Shown here: piece after piece, positions 16,175-25,524 of the stretch | How the letters are laid out: each line of letters starts with the position of its first letter | How positions within the stretch are numbered: position 1 is the first letter of the stretch | Origin: a virus | Lineage: Duplodnaviria; Caudoviricetes | Length of the DNA stretch: 60,632 nt | Virus record (IMG/VR): IMGVR_UViG_3300031885_000014 | Coordinates: 1 to 60,632 of that record | Reading direction: 5' to 3' (one strand) | Notes under the pieces: generated by a model | What the model was told of the DNA's origin: nothing | Database searches by the model: none | What the model saw: only the letters and a program-made list of their open reading frames with translations | Made by a program: the position numbers and the translations under genes

Positions 16175-17710
16175 ATGAACAGAAACGCACCACCGTTCGC
16201 GCCCCACCCGGCGCTCCGAGCGCCCAACATGTTCGGAGGCCAGACGGGCGTGGACCCCAGATACGTGTCGTCCGGTGCCTACCGGACGATGAGCTTCGCC
16301 CAGTGGAAGGAAGAGGAAGAGCGGGCCGCCGCCCGTGACGGCCGGCGTGCCCATGTGCCGCCCGTCGACCGCAACGGCGTGCCACTCGACATCGCCCATT
16401 ACCAGGAGCCAGATGAGGCCCTGGAGTGGGCGCAGAAGATCGTCGCCCGTCACGCCGCCAGCGACGAGACCCAGAAGCGGGCCGACGCCGTCGCCGCCAA
16501 GATGGGCGAGGACTGGAAGCGCGCTGTGGCCTCGGGCGAACCGGAGGCCATCAAGGCCGTCATGCGGACAGTCTTCCTGGAGCTCCGCGACACGGACCCC
16601 AACGTGTTGCCCACGCCAGTGCCGACGCCGGGCGACTTCGCCACCGAGTTCGGCACGCCGGTGGACCCGACGGAACTCCTTGTGCTCTGCGAGGAGTTGG
16701 GCCTCTACACGGCCTTCCCGGAGATCGTGAACGGCTCCCGTGTCGAGTCGTGGCGCGAGTTGACGCAACTCGCCTTTGCAAGTGGGTGCGACTCCTGCGC
16801 CTTCCATCCAGGTGAGTGCCCGGAGGACTCGGTGCATCACACCGACACCGAGAGCGTCACGAAGCGCCACTTCGGGGTCAAGAAGAGCCTCACCGAGAGC
16901 GACATCCGGCACAGCATCGCGTCCATCGCGGGTGGTGTCGGCGTCAGCCAGCTCGTCGGGGCCTTCAACGACCAGGGCGGGCCGGGGAACCTCGACGCGG
17001 CCAGCCTGATCCGGGGCGGCGTAGCCGACCTCAAGGAGAAGGAGCTCCGCCTGGCGATGATCCTGGTGCTGAACTGCTGGGACGACCTCCTGGTGAACGG
17101 CGACAACGTGGCCAATCCCCAGGAGTTCGACGGCATCGGCCAGACGATCACGGCAGCCAACGGCGCCCGCGCCTGCCCCAACTGGATGACCGGCACGTTC
17201 AGCGCGAGCACCTTCGACCAGTTCCTGGCCGCAGGCTGTGCGCACCCGCAGGCCATCCTCGGGCACCCGACGGCCCTGGCCCAAATCGCTCTGGGCTACT
17301 ACGGGATCGGCGCGCAGACCGTGGTCTTCGACCGGAACGAGGGCATCATCCCGGGCCTGAACTTCGCCAACCAGATCATGGCTGGGATCGGCCCGATCGC
17401 CCTGATCCGCGACAGCCGGTTCCCACGCGTGGCCCGCGCCGGAGGCACGTTCGACTCGATCGTGTACCCCGTCCGGCTCACCCACAACGGGGAGCCGCTC
17501 ATCTACAAGGCGACGCAAATTCCCTTGAGCGCCAAGGACCTGACGCCGGGGTGTACCGCCGTGGCCTTCGAGGTGTGGGCGGTGTCGGCACTTGTCGTAA
17601 AGGCCATGTGTGCCCAGGCCGTCTGCCAGATTCGCTTCAGCGGCATGATCGACGACGGCTGTGTCTACGTGCACCCGTGTACTCCCGCCGCCATGCCGAC
17701 TCGGGGGTAG
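16175..17710 (+). CDS. major capsid protein
   Basis: Position after protease/scaffold; LLVNGD....QEFDGI motif; strong codon bias; followed by a terminator. Confidence 0.75.
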   Translation: MNRNAPPFAPHPALRAPNMFGGQTGVDPRYVSSGAYRTMSFAQWKEEEERAAARDGRRAHVPPVDRNGVPLDIAHYQEPDEALEWAQKIVARHAASDETQKRADAVAAKMGEDWKRAVASGEPEAIKAVMRTVFLELRDTDPNVLPTPVPTPGDFATEFGTPVDPTELLVLCEELGLYTAFPEIVNGSRVESWRELTQLAFASGCDSCAFHPGECPEDSVHHTDTESVTKRHFGVKKSLTESDIRHSIASIAGGVGVSQLVGAFNDQGGPGNLDAASLIRGGVADLKEKELRLAMILVLNCWDDLLVNGDNVANPQEFDGIGQTITAANGARACPNWMTGTFSASTFDQFLAAGCAHPQAILGHPTALAQIALGYYGIGAQTVVFDRNEGIIPGLNFANQIMAGIGPIALIRDSRFPRVARAGGTFDSIVYPVRLTHNGEPLIYKATQIPLSAKDLTPGCTAVAFEVWAVSALVVKAMCAQAVCQIRFSGMIDDGCVYVHPCTPAAMPTRG

Positions 17711-17746
17711 TAACCACCGAGGCACCGTAGCGGCACCGTAATTCCG

Positions 17747-17782
17747 AGGGGCCGGGCTTGAGAACCCGGCTCCTCCATTTTC
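17747..17782 (+). terminator. intrinsic terminator after the capsid gene
   Basis: GAGGGGCCGGG-cttgagaa-CCCGGCTCCTC followed by CATTTTC. Confidence 0.6.
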
Positions 17783-17791
17783 TTGACATTG

Positions 17792-17821
17792 TTGACAAGA
17801 ACCTTAGTACGGGACTAGAGT
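17792..17821 (+). promoter_or_regulatory. sigma70-like promoter
   Basis: TTGACA (17792; second copy 17783), 18 nt, TAGAGT. Confidence 0.45.
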
Positions 17822-17866
17822 GCAGAGGGAACCTGGGTGGGAAACCGACCACAAGAGGGAGGCACA

Positions 17867-18283
17867 ATGGACGACCTATCAGTCTACCGTTCGGTCAACG
17901 CGGCGCGCGGTCTACAGGAGGTCCAGAGACTTCTCGATGAAGAGTGGGATATCCTGCACCTTGACTTCTGCGAGGAGATACGGAGCCGCAGCGGTATCGG
18001 TGGGAAGAGTTCGGTGATGGCCTGGACGCCCTACGCCATCATGGGGAAGCGGGACACCCTGGCCGGGACGGACCGCGCCGCCATCGCCCTCGCCGACGAC
18101 CGCCGGGCGGTGGAAGCCGGCACGCCGATGAGTGACGAAGCGGAGAAGGAGCCACCGTCGGCACCCGCCCCCTTCGAGGAGAAACAGCCCATCGGGTCGC
18201 GCGAACCCCGTGGCCGGCGCATCACGGCCGCATCGCCAGCCAGCGTTGGGGCCGAGGGCCTGGGCGCGCTGGCGAATCGTTAG
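17867..18283 (+). CDS. hypothetical protein
   Basis: GGAGG RBS before ATG 17867. Confidence 0.65.
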   Translation: MDDLSVYRSVNAARGLQEVQRLLDEEWDILHLDFCEEIRSRSGIGGKSSVMAWTPYAIMGKRDTLAGTDRAAIALADDRRAVEAGTPMSDEAEKEPPSAPAPFEEKQPIGSREPRGRRITAASPASVGAEGLGALANR

Positions 18284-18301
18284 CAGCAGGAGGCGCCCGC
18301 T

Positions 18302-18508
18302 TTGGTGCTGCTACGTTATGTGTTCCCGCCGCCCATGAGGGTCGGACGGCGGACGAAGTTGCCGAGTGGCAAGGAATACGGGATCCCCTGGATGGGGGAT
18401 CCCGTTATTGACGTGGACGAGCAGGATGTCGAGGCGCTACTCGCCTTCAAAGGTGAATGTTGTACCGGCGGCCGGGGCAAGGTGCCGCTGTTCGAGAGGG
18501 CGGAATAG
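18302..18508 (+). CDS. small hypothetical protein, similar to 49862-50056
   Basis: AGGAGG RBS; shared G.EY...VD..DV..LL...C..G..LF.R pattern. Confidence 0.6.
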   Translation: MVLLRYVFPPPMRVGRRTKLPSGKEYGIPWMGDPVIDVDEQDVEALLAFKGECCTGGRGKVPLFERAE

Positions 18509-18519
18509 GAGGCAAGATT

Positions 18520-18780
18520 ATGGAGATCAAGTTGGGTCAGAAGGTCAGAGACAAGATCACCACGATGGAGGGAACCGCCATCGGGCGTACCGTGTGGCTG
18601 AACGGCTGTGTACGGATCTCCGTGCAGCCCCAGGGTCTCAAGGATGGCCTGCCCCTGGAACCCCAGTGGGTTGACGAGCCCCAACTGGAGGTGGTTGAAG
18701 ATACCGTTGCCCCGGAAGACAAACCAACGGGCGGGCCAAGACCGGACTCGGTTAGAACGTCAGACGCGACTCGCCGCTAG
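18520..18780 (+). CDS. conserved phage hypothetical protein
   Basis: AGGAGG RBS; LG.KVRDKIT..EG..IGR..WLNGC.R..VQP pattern seen in many phages. Confidence 0.7.
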   Translation: MEIKLGQKVRDKITTMEGTAIGRTVWLNGCVRISVQPQGLKDGLPLEPQWVDEPQLEVVEDTVAPEDKPTGGPRPDSVRTSDATRR

Positions 18781-18789
18781 GCAACCCGA

Positions 18790-19752
18790 ATGAGCGGTGC
18801 AACCTACCTCCTCACCCTGCAATGGGGCATCGGCGATATTCTGCTCTCGACGGCTGCCGTGCGCGCCCTCAAACAGCGTGAGCCAGACTGCGCGATCTTC
18901 TACCAGACCCTGGTGAAGGGGAAGCACCGCCTCCAGTACGACCCGCCCGGCGGCGAACCCGGCAGCGGCGGTGCACCCGACGAGATGCTCTGGCACAACC
19001 CCAACATCGCCCGAATCTTCGACGTTACCGAACCCGCCTCAGTCCCAGGGATCTTCGAGCACGACCTCCTCTATGTCCGCGTCGGCGACCCCCCGCTAGA
19101 CCGACCGATCCAAGCCAAGATGTTCGACATCCTGGGCCTGCCGTGGGACGCTGGGACGCGGTTTGACATGGACTACTATCTCCAGCCGCACGAGACCGAA
19201 AAGGCGGCTGCGATCGTGCCACCTGGACCTCTCTACTGTGCGGTCTCACCGCGTTGTGGCGGGTGGCCGGGCAAGATGTGGAATGACGAAGGCTGGACCG
19301 GGATCATAGAGCGGCTCCTCGCCGAAGGGTGGACGCCCGTCATTATCACCGGCGACCGCCTCCAGGGTCTACCCTGGACTCGGGGCCTGAACCTCTCGGG
19401 TAGCCTTGACATACGGGCGTCGGCGGCTGTCCTCGACCGCTGCCAAGCCATGATCACCCTTGAGTCCACCATGTCGAACCTGCGCTTCGCCCTGCGGAAG
19501 CCCGCTGTGGTCGTGACTTGCGCGACTAGTTTCGGGCTGAAGCAGATCGTGTGGGCACCGCCTGAGTTATGCACCGAGATCCGCAACAGCCAGTGGTGCG
19601 AACCCTGCATGTGGCGTGGCCTACATGTCGCTGGTAAGGCGCGGGTACCGCCTGGCAACCTCGCGGACTGCCCGGCGGGCAGGAGCCTGCGCGATGTGCC
19701 GCCAGAGGAGGTCTGGCCGATCTTGGTGAAACACTTGGAGGCGGCGACGTGA
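18790..19752 (+). CDS. glycosyltransferase family 9 (heptosyltransferase-like)
   Basis: GIGDILL.TAAVRALK...P; K.W...W; NLSG.LDIR.SAAVL. Confidence 0.8.
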   Translation: MSGATYLLTLQWGIGDILLSTAAVRALKQREPDCAIFYQTLVKGKHRLQYDPPGGEPGSGGAPDEMLWHNPNIARIFDVTEPASVPGIFEHDLLYVRVGDPPLDRPIQAKMFDILGLPWDAGTRFDMDYYLQPHETEKAAAIVPPGPLYCAVSPRCGGWPGKMWNDEGWTGIIERLLAEGWTPVIITGDRLQGLPWTRGLNLSGSLDIRASAAVLDRCQAMITLESTMSNLRFALRKPAVVVTCATSFGLKQIVWAPPELCTEIRNSQWCEPCMWRGLHVAGKARVPPGNLADCPAGRSLRDVPPEEVWPILVKHLEAAT

Positions 19753-19846
19753 GGGGCGTAGAGTATCATCCGCTGAAGCCCCCTCCACCCGTGATTCCAC
19801 CTCCAGAGGTGCCGCCAGGTATTAAGGTGACGGTGAAGGTGCTGCG

Positions 19847-20872
19847 ATGACCCATCAACCCATCTGCGTCCACCTATCCTGGCTGAAACGCTCGGACGGG
19901 GAAAGCGGCGGCGTGGAGAAGTTCGCCACCTACCTGAAGGCGGCCCTCATGGAGCGCGGCTGGAGCGTCCTGATCGTCTCCTGGAATGACATGCCGCATC
20001 ACGAGCGTTACGACCGCCAGGACGTGTCGAACCCCGACAAGGCCCTGGTGCTCGGCTCATGGCTGGACGGCCCGGCGTTCGGCGTCGCCTTCGACGTCGC
20101 CGTGAGCGATGGCTACTGGGGGCTCGGGATAACGAGCCATCCCGTCATGCCCGTCGTACACGGCACGTGGGCTGAGATGCACGCCCGCATGGGGATGACC
20201 TTCGGCCTGGAGGTGCAGCGGCAGGGCGAGGCGTTCAACGCGCCCAACGCCTATCCTGTGGCCTGTAGTGCGGCTTCGGCCCGCGAGCTCCGGCGCCATC
20301 ATGGGCGGGCGGCCACGGCCACGATCTACCACGGCATCGACCTGTGCGCCTTCCGCCCCCGGGATGAACCGTTGCCGCCGGGTCCGCCGTGGATCATCCT
20401 CCAGGCGGCTGGGAAGAACACGAAGAAGGGGGCGAAACTGTTGCGGCCGATCGCCGAGATGCTGGGCGACGACTACCGGATAGAGTATCTGGACGCCGCC
20501 ATCGGCGAGGAGCCCGGGGCCTTCCGCCGCGGCCACGTGTTCCTCCATCCGACGTACCACGAGGGCAACGCCTACGCCTGCCTGGAGGCGATGGCCTGCG
20601 ACCTGCCAGTGGTCACGACGGCGGCGGGCGTGTTCGAGGACATACCGTTCGTGCAGCCGAAGCATGGCTGGCGGACGCCGGTGGGCTACACGCTGCCCGT
20701 CGGCGCGAGGGCGGAAGACTTCGCGTTGGCCGTCCGGTTGGCCTGTTGCGACATCCGGGATGGGTCCGGGCACGGTGGCCCGCGCCGCTGGGCCGAGCAA
20801 CACGCCAACATGACGGACTTCGCCGACTCGTGGGATCGACTGCTGCGGGAGATTGTGGGGGTGAGAACCTGA
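19847..20872 (+). CDS. glycosyltransferase family 4
   Basis: GGVE, VHG, IYHGID, FLHPTYHEG..YACLEAMACDLPVV. Confidence 0.88.
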   Translation: MTHQPICVHLSWLKRSDGESGGVEKFATYLKAALMERGWSVLIVSWNDMPHHERYDRQDVSNPDKALVLGSWLDGPAFGVAFDVAVSDGYWGLGITSHPVMPVVHGTWAEMHARMGMTFGLEVQRQGEAFNAPNAYPVACSAASARELRRHHGRAATATIYHGIDLCAFRPRDEPLPPGPPWIILQAAGKNTKKGAKLLRPIAEMLGDDYRIEYLDAAIGEEPGAFRRGHVFLHPTYHEGNAYACLEAMACDLPVVTTAAGVFEDIPFVQPKHGWRTPVGYTLPVGARAEDFALAVRLACCDIRDGSGHGGPRRWAEQHANMTDFADSWDRLLREIVGVRT

Positions 20873-20874
20873 AC

Positions 20875-21042
20875 ATGCTACTAATGTTGGGCCTGACAGC
20901 CGATCAAGGGTTTCGGCTCATGATCATCATCCTACTTGTCGCCTTCTTGGTGGCAGGTCTGGCGATTCTGTCTCCAAGCGACACGGGGGTGCGCCATCCG
21001 CCTCCGCCAGGGCCGCCGCCAGATGATGAGGCATCGGAATAA
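20875..21042 (+). CDS. small single-TM membrane protein with Pro-rich tail
   Basis: LMIIILLVAFLVAGLAIL followed by HPPPPGPPP. Confidence 0.55.
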   Translation: MLLMLGLTADQGFRLMIIILLVAFLVAGLAILSPSDTGVRHPPPPGPPPDDEASE

Positions 21043-21045
21043 ACT

Positions 21046-22035
21046 ATGAGAATCTGGCTCCAATCCAGTGCTTATTTGCCCACCCCTGCCCCTAGCACGG
21101 GCGGCCTGGAGTACATCGTCGCCTCCCTCGGCGCGGAGTTGGCGAAGCGCGGCCATGACGTGACGCTCTTCGCGCTCGACGGATCGCACGTTGCCGGCGT
21201 CGAACTCGTGACAGTGCCCCACTACAGCACGGCCTCGGCCACGGAGATCGCCATCGTGGACCGCATGGAGCGGCGGCCCAAGCCCGACGTGCTCTTCGAC
21301 CACTCGCGCTGGCAGATGGCACAGACCCGCTGGCCCTCGCTGCCTGCCGTCAGCATGATCCACGGCAACGCTACACTGGAGGGCCACGCGCGCAACCTCG
21401 TCTTCTGTTCGCTCGCCCACGGCCGTTGGCACGGCGTCGAGAACCCCGTGGCCCTCCTGAACGGCATCGACCCGACGGACTTCGTGGTCGGCCCGCCGAT
21501 GGCGGCCAGGCACACAGCCCTGTGGATGGGCAGGATCATGCCCTACAAGCGCACCCACCTGGCGATAGACCTCTGCGAGGTGGCCAGCGTTCCGATTACC
21601 GTGGCTGGCCCGAGCGTGGACCCTGGCTACTTTCAAATGTCGATAAGGCCCCGCCTCAAGCCCGAGGGCTGGGCCGACTACGTCGGCGAGGTGGCTGGCG
21701 CCGAGCGTCTGCGCCTCCTGTCCGAATCCTGCTGCCTCGTCTTCACTTCCGAGGCCCAGGAGCCAGGGGCCGTCACGGTGATAGAGGCCATGGCGAGCGG
21801 GACGCCGGTATTCACCTTCGACCATGGGTCGCTGCCCGAGTTCGTGGCAGACCAGGTGAGCGGTTTGCTCATGGCTGCGGAAGCCAACTTTGTCGAATGC
21901 TTGCGGCAGAAGGATTGGCTGAAGATTGACCCCGCTGCCTGTCGGCGCCATGTGGAGGAGAACCTGAGCACGGAATCCCAGGCTACCAAGGCCGAGGCCC
22001 TGCTGGCCCAGGCTGCGGATGGAGGTACATGGTGA
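21046..22035 (+). CDS. glycosyltransferase family 4
   Basis: GGLE...RGHDVTLFA, NGID, GRIMPYK, EPGAVTVIEAMASGTPV. Confidence 0.9.
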   Translation: MRIWLQSSAYLPTPAPSTGGLEYIVASLGAELAKRGHDVTLFALDGSHVAGVELVTVPHYSTASATEIAIVDRMERRPKPDVLFDHSRWQMAQTRWPSLPAVSMIHGNATLEGHARNLVFCSLAHGRWHGVENPVALLNGIDPTDFVVGPPMAARHTALWMGRIMPYKRTHLAIDLCEVASVPITVAGPSVDPGYFQMSIRPRLKPEGWADYVGEVAGAERLRLLSESCCLVFTSEAQEPGAVTVIEAMASGTPVFTFDHGSLPEFVADQVSGLLMAAEANFVECLRQKDWLKIDPAACRRHVEENLSTESQATKAEALLAQAADGGTW

Positions 22036-22241
22036 CCGATGAAGCCGTAGAGTACGCCTTTCAACTGGCCTCGGAATACTGGCCCGGGTTGCCGCGAGAG
22101 GACTTCGATGAATACTTCGCCGTAGGCGCCGAGGCGGCCGTCCTGCTGGAGACGTTCGACGATGTGCTGGCTGGCATGGGATACCGGCGGGTGATAGAAC
22201 CCGATGGCCACTTCGGGATCGGGGCCTGGAGGAAATCATGA
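22029..22241 (+). CDS. hypothetical protein
   Basis: GGAGGT RBS; coupled to neighbours. Confidence 0.6.
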   Translation: MVTDEAVEYAFQLASEYWPGLPREDFDEYFAVGAEAAVLLETFDDVLAGMGYRRVIEPDGHFGIGAWRKS

Positions 22242-22762
22242 GGCAGGAGGTCATGGACTGGATGGACGAGGCCGTGCGGCGCTATAAGCCCGAGCCGCCC
22301 GTCCTAGAGGTCGGCGCCTACAATGAGAATGGCACGGCCCGCCCCCTGTTCCCCCAGGGGGGCTACCTGGGCATCGACATCCGGCACGGCCTCGGCGTGG
22401 ACATGGTGCTGGACATTCTGGGGGACACGTCGCGGCTCGCGGACCGCTTCAACACCGTCTACGCCTGCGAGACCCTAGAGCACGTCCTGGAGCCCTGGCG
22501 GGCGCTAGAGGTGATGTTCGCGGCGCTACGACCCGGCGGCCTGTGCCTCGTGAGCTGGTGCTTTTCATTCCCCATTCACGCCGCGCCCCTGGACTTCTAC
22601 CGCGTGACGCCCTACGGCCTGCACTACCTCCTATCGCGGGCTGGCTTCGTGGACATTGTGGTGGACACGGCGGGCACCAACCGACCGGCTAACCGACCAC
22701 GTGAGGAAGAAGATTGGCAATGGCCCGACGCCGTCTTCGGCGCCGGCAGGAGGCCGATATGA
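22238..22762 (+). CDS. class I SAM-dependent methyltransferase
   Basis: VLEVGA, YLGIDI..G.GVD, ETLEHV, LRPGG, H..P.DFYR. Confidence 0.85.
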   Translation: MRQEVMDWMDEAVRRYKPEPPVLEVGAYNENGTARPLFPQGGYLGIDIRHGLGVDMVLDILGDTSRLADRFNTVYACETLEHVLEPWRALEVMFAALRPGGLCLVSWCFSFPIHAAPLDFYRVTPYGLHYLLSRAGFVDIVVDTAGTNRPANRPREEEDWQWPDAVFGAGRRPI

Positions 22763-22808
22763 CCTTCGCTGATATGCAGGCCGGACGAGTACCTGATGGT
22801 GGCCATCA

Positions 22809-23342
22809 ATGAGTGACCTACCGGCCCCGACATGGCTAGAGCTGGGCTGCGGAACCAACAAGGCCGAGGGCTACTTCGGCGTAGACCGCGCCAACCTGCC
22901 CGGCGTGGACCTCGTGCACGACCTGGAGGTTCACCCCTGGCCCATCGCTGACGGTTGCGCCGAGCGCGTCGGCTGCTACCAGACCCTGGAGCACATCGCC
23001 GACCTTCTCGGCTTCATGGCCGACCTCTGGCGCGTCTGCTCGGCAAACCCCCAGGCATGGGTCGAGATCACGGTGCCCTACCATGCGGCGCCTACGGCGT
23101 GGGGCGACCCGACGCATGTTCGCGCCTTCACTGAGGACACCTTCCGGTACTTCGAGCCGGAGTACGTCGAGCGGTTCAGCGACTACGGGATCGCGCCGCA
23201 CTACTTCCAGATCGTCGACCAGGACTTCAAGAAGACGGGCAACCTGTGGGTGGTTCTGCGGCCCATCAAGACTGAGGTGCAGTTGATCACGCAGCAGGAG
23301 CACTGCTGGTGGCGGGACCGCCGGGTGGGCATGCTGGGATGA
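22809..23342 (+). CDS. class I SAM-dependent methyltransferase (type 11-like)
   Basis: LELGCG, GVDLVHDL..PWP, LEHI, WRV, DPTHVR. Confidence 0.85.
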   Translation: MSDLPAPTWLELGCGTNKAEGYFGVDRANLPGVDLVHDLEVHPWPIADGCAERVGCYQTLEHIADLLGFMADLWRVCSANPQAWVEITVPYHAAPTAWGDPTHVRAFTEDTFRYFEPEYVERFSDYGIAPHYFQIVDQDFKKTGNLWVVLRPIKTEVQLITQQEHCWWRDRRVGMLG

Positions 23343-23352
23343 GAAGAAGTCG

Positions 23353-24165
23353 ATGTTGACGGCCTCCATCGTCGTCCTAACCCACAACCGCCGGCAGGCC
23401 CTTGCCGACTGCCTGGCCACCATCCTGGAGAAGACGACCTGCGAATATGAACTGCTGGTCGTGGACAACGGGAGCACGGATGACACTGGCGCGTTCCTAA
23501 CTGGAATCCCCGATCCGTCACATGCCATGGTTCTTGTCTTTAGTCGGCCTACCAACGAGGGCGTATGTGCCCGGAACGTGGCTCTGCGTGAGGCGAAAGG
23601 CGAATACATCCTCCAGGTAGACGACGACGTGGTGGTAGGGCCAGGCTGGGATAAGTACCTGCTCACGCCGTTCGAAGACCCGAATGTGGGTGCCGTGGGG
23701 CAAGAGGGCTTCTGGATCAATTGGGCGGGCCTTATGGCTGGCCCCTGGAAGGCTCCCAACTTCCTTGACGACCGGCGCCCACAGCCTGGCGACTTCGCGG
23801 ATCTCGTCATGGGTTTCGCATGGGCTTGGAGGAATGAGCGCATACCGGGCTATCTGGGCCAGGCACCGGAGAGACTACCGACCGATTTCCCGACGGTGCC
23901 GCGCTTCTTGTACGATGAGCGGTTCAACCCGATGTGGCACGAGGAGACACAACTGCAACTGGAAATCAAGGCCGCTGGCTACCGCATCCGCTGTTGCCCG
24001 CCGGTTGCCACCCATCGCAGCCTCAGAGATTGGAAGGACGCCCATAGTAACCACCCGATGACGGGGTTACATCATGCCGCTGACCACGAACGGCTATTGA
24101 TTGAGGAGTGGAAGGACAAGCGGCAGGAGTTGGGGTTGGAACTGGACAGAAGGGCGTTGCAGTGA
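23353..24165 (+). CDS. glycosyltransferase family 2
   Basis: SIVVLTHN, VVDNGSTD, ARN, GEYILQVDDD. Confidence 0.9.
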   Translation: MLTASIVVLTHNRRQALADCLATILEKTTCEYELLVVDNGSTDDTGAFLTGIPDPSHAMVLVFSRPTNEGVCARNVALREAKGEYILQVDDDVVVGPGWDKYLLTPFEDPNVGAVGQEGFWINWAGLMAGPWKAPNFLDDRRPQPGDFADLVMGFAWAWRNERIPGYLGQAPERLPTDFPTVPRFLYDERFNPMWHEETQLQLEIKAAGYRIRCCPPVATHRSLRDWKDAHSNHPMTGLHHAADHERLLIEEWKDKRQELGLELDRRALQ

Positions 24166-24258
24166 TCATCAAGCCGGACCCCAAACTGGAGAACGCGGTT
24201 TCAAAGGGTGGCCCTAAGTCTGTCCCGCTTCCCAAGTGGCTGAAGGGAGGCCGCTAGA

Positions 24259-25524
24259 ATGAAACTCGTCGTCGTCTCCGAACTTAACCTCGCTGGTGGC
24301 TCCGGCTACACCACGATCGCGCGCGCTGTCGCCGCTGGCCTGGGCGAGCGCGGCCATGAGGTCGTCGCCCTCGGCCTCAACTACAACGGATGCGAGCATA
24401 GACTCCCCTTCACCCTCGTCGGTGCCGATGAGCGCTTCCTCATGGAGCACGTGCGCCAGCTCCGCGCCGCCTGGGGTCCCGAAGCCATCATCGGTATCGC
24501 CGATATCACGAAGCACACGGAGTGGCGTGCGCTGATCGAGTTCGGCATACCCTACCTGGGTATCTTCCCGCTGGAGGCCGCGCCCCTGATTTCGCCCAGC
24601 GAGTGGACACGAACCATCGATGCGATGGCGGCGGCGCTGGTAGAGACCGAGTGGGCCACGAAACTCTGCACCGACGTGGGTCTCTCGGCGCGGCACATCC
24701 CGATCGGCATCGATACTGCCTTCTGGCGGCCGCCATCGGAAGAAGAGAGGGCGCCCATCCGGGAGCGCCTGGGCATCAGCGACCGCTTCGTCATTCTCAC
24801 CGTGTCCGACAACCACGAGCGCAAGAACCTGCCCGCTGTGTTCGCCACGACAGCGCTCCTCCTGGGCCGCGAGATCGAGTGGCCGGCGGGCTGTGGCGGG
24901 ATGATCTCGATGCCCCAGGGCTCCGGCCCAGACTACTACCTCATCGTGAATACCAAGAGGCGCCCGGAGGCCGTCGGGTACCAACTGTGGGACCTGGCCA
25001 ACACCTTCCAGTTACAGAATGAGACCACCTTCTACCAGCACGAACGGCGTGCGGGCCTCACCGACGAGCAACTCCGCGACCTCTACTGGGCCGCCGATTG
25101 CTTCCTGCTGCTCTCGAAGGCTGAGGGGCTGGGCCTCCCGGTCATGGAGGCGATGGCGTGCGGGGTGCCCTGCGTCTGTACGAATACGGGCGGCATGGCG
25201 GAGAACTTGGCCGACGGCTGCGGCTGGCTGGTGGATCGTGACTACTGCTATCTCGACCCGTTCGGCAACCAGGAACGTTACTTCGCCGACCCGTTGGACG
25301 CGGCGCGCAAGATTGCCCTGAGCCGAGAACTAACGGCTGGCAGAGAAAGCATGGTGAGAGTCGCCCTAGAGTGGGCTCGCGGGCGCACATGGAGCTGCGC
25401 CCTTGACATCGTAGAGGAGGCCCTTCATGCCATCACACAAGAGAAAGCGGCACCGTCAGCCGGTGCCCCGGCGCCAGAGTCCTACGCCCGCCGCGTCGCA
25501 GTCGGTGGTGCCCATCCGGGGTAG
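24259..25524 (+). CDS. glycosyltransferase family 4
   Basis: SGY, GID, RKN, EGLGLPVMEAMACGVP. Confidence 0.9.
   Translation: MKLVVVSELNLAGGSGYTTIARAVAAGLGERGHEVVALGLNYNGCEHRLPFTLVGADERFLMEHVRQLRAAWGPEAIIGIADITKHTEWRALIEFGIPYLGIFPLEAAPLISPSEWTRTIDAMAAALVETEWATKLCTDVGLSARHIPIGIDTAFWRPPSEEERAPIRERLGISDRFVILTVSDNHERKNLPAVFATTALLLGREIEWPAGCGGMISMPQGSGPDYYLIVNTKRRPEAVGYQLWDLANTFQLQNETTFYQHERRAGLTDEQLRDLYWAADCFLLLSKAEGLGLPVMEAMACGVPCVCTNTGGMAENLADGCGWLVDRDYCYLDPFGNQERYFADPLDAARKIALSRELTAGRESMVRVALEWARGRTWSCALDIVEEALHAITQEKAAPSAGAPAPESYARRVAVGGAHPG

Noticed and set aside
16094-17725. 543-aa minus-strand ORF and similar long antisense ORFs (e.g. 7882-9015, 20932-22254, 43091-44155)
   Set aside because: Shadows of GC-biased sense genes; no motifs
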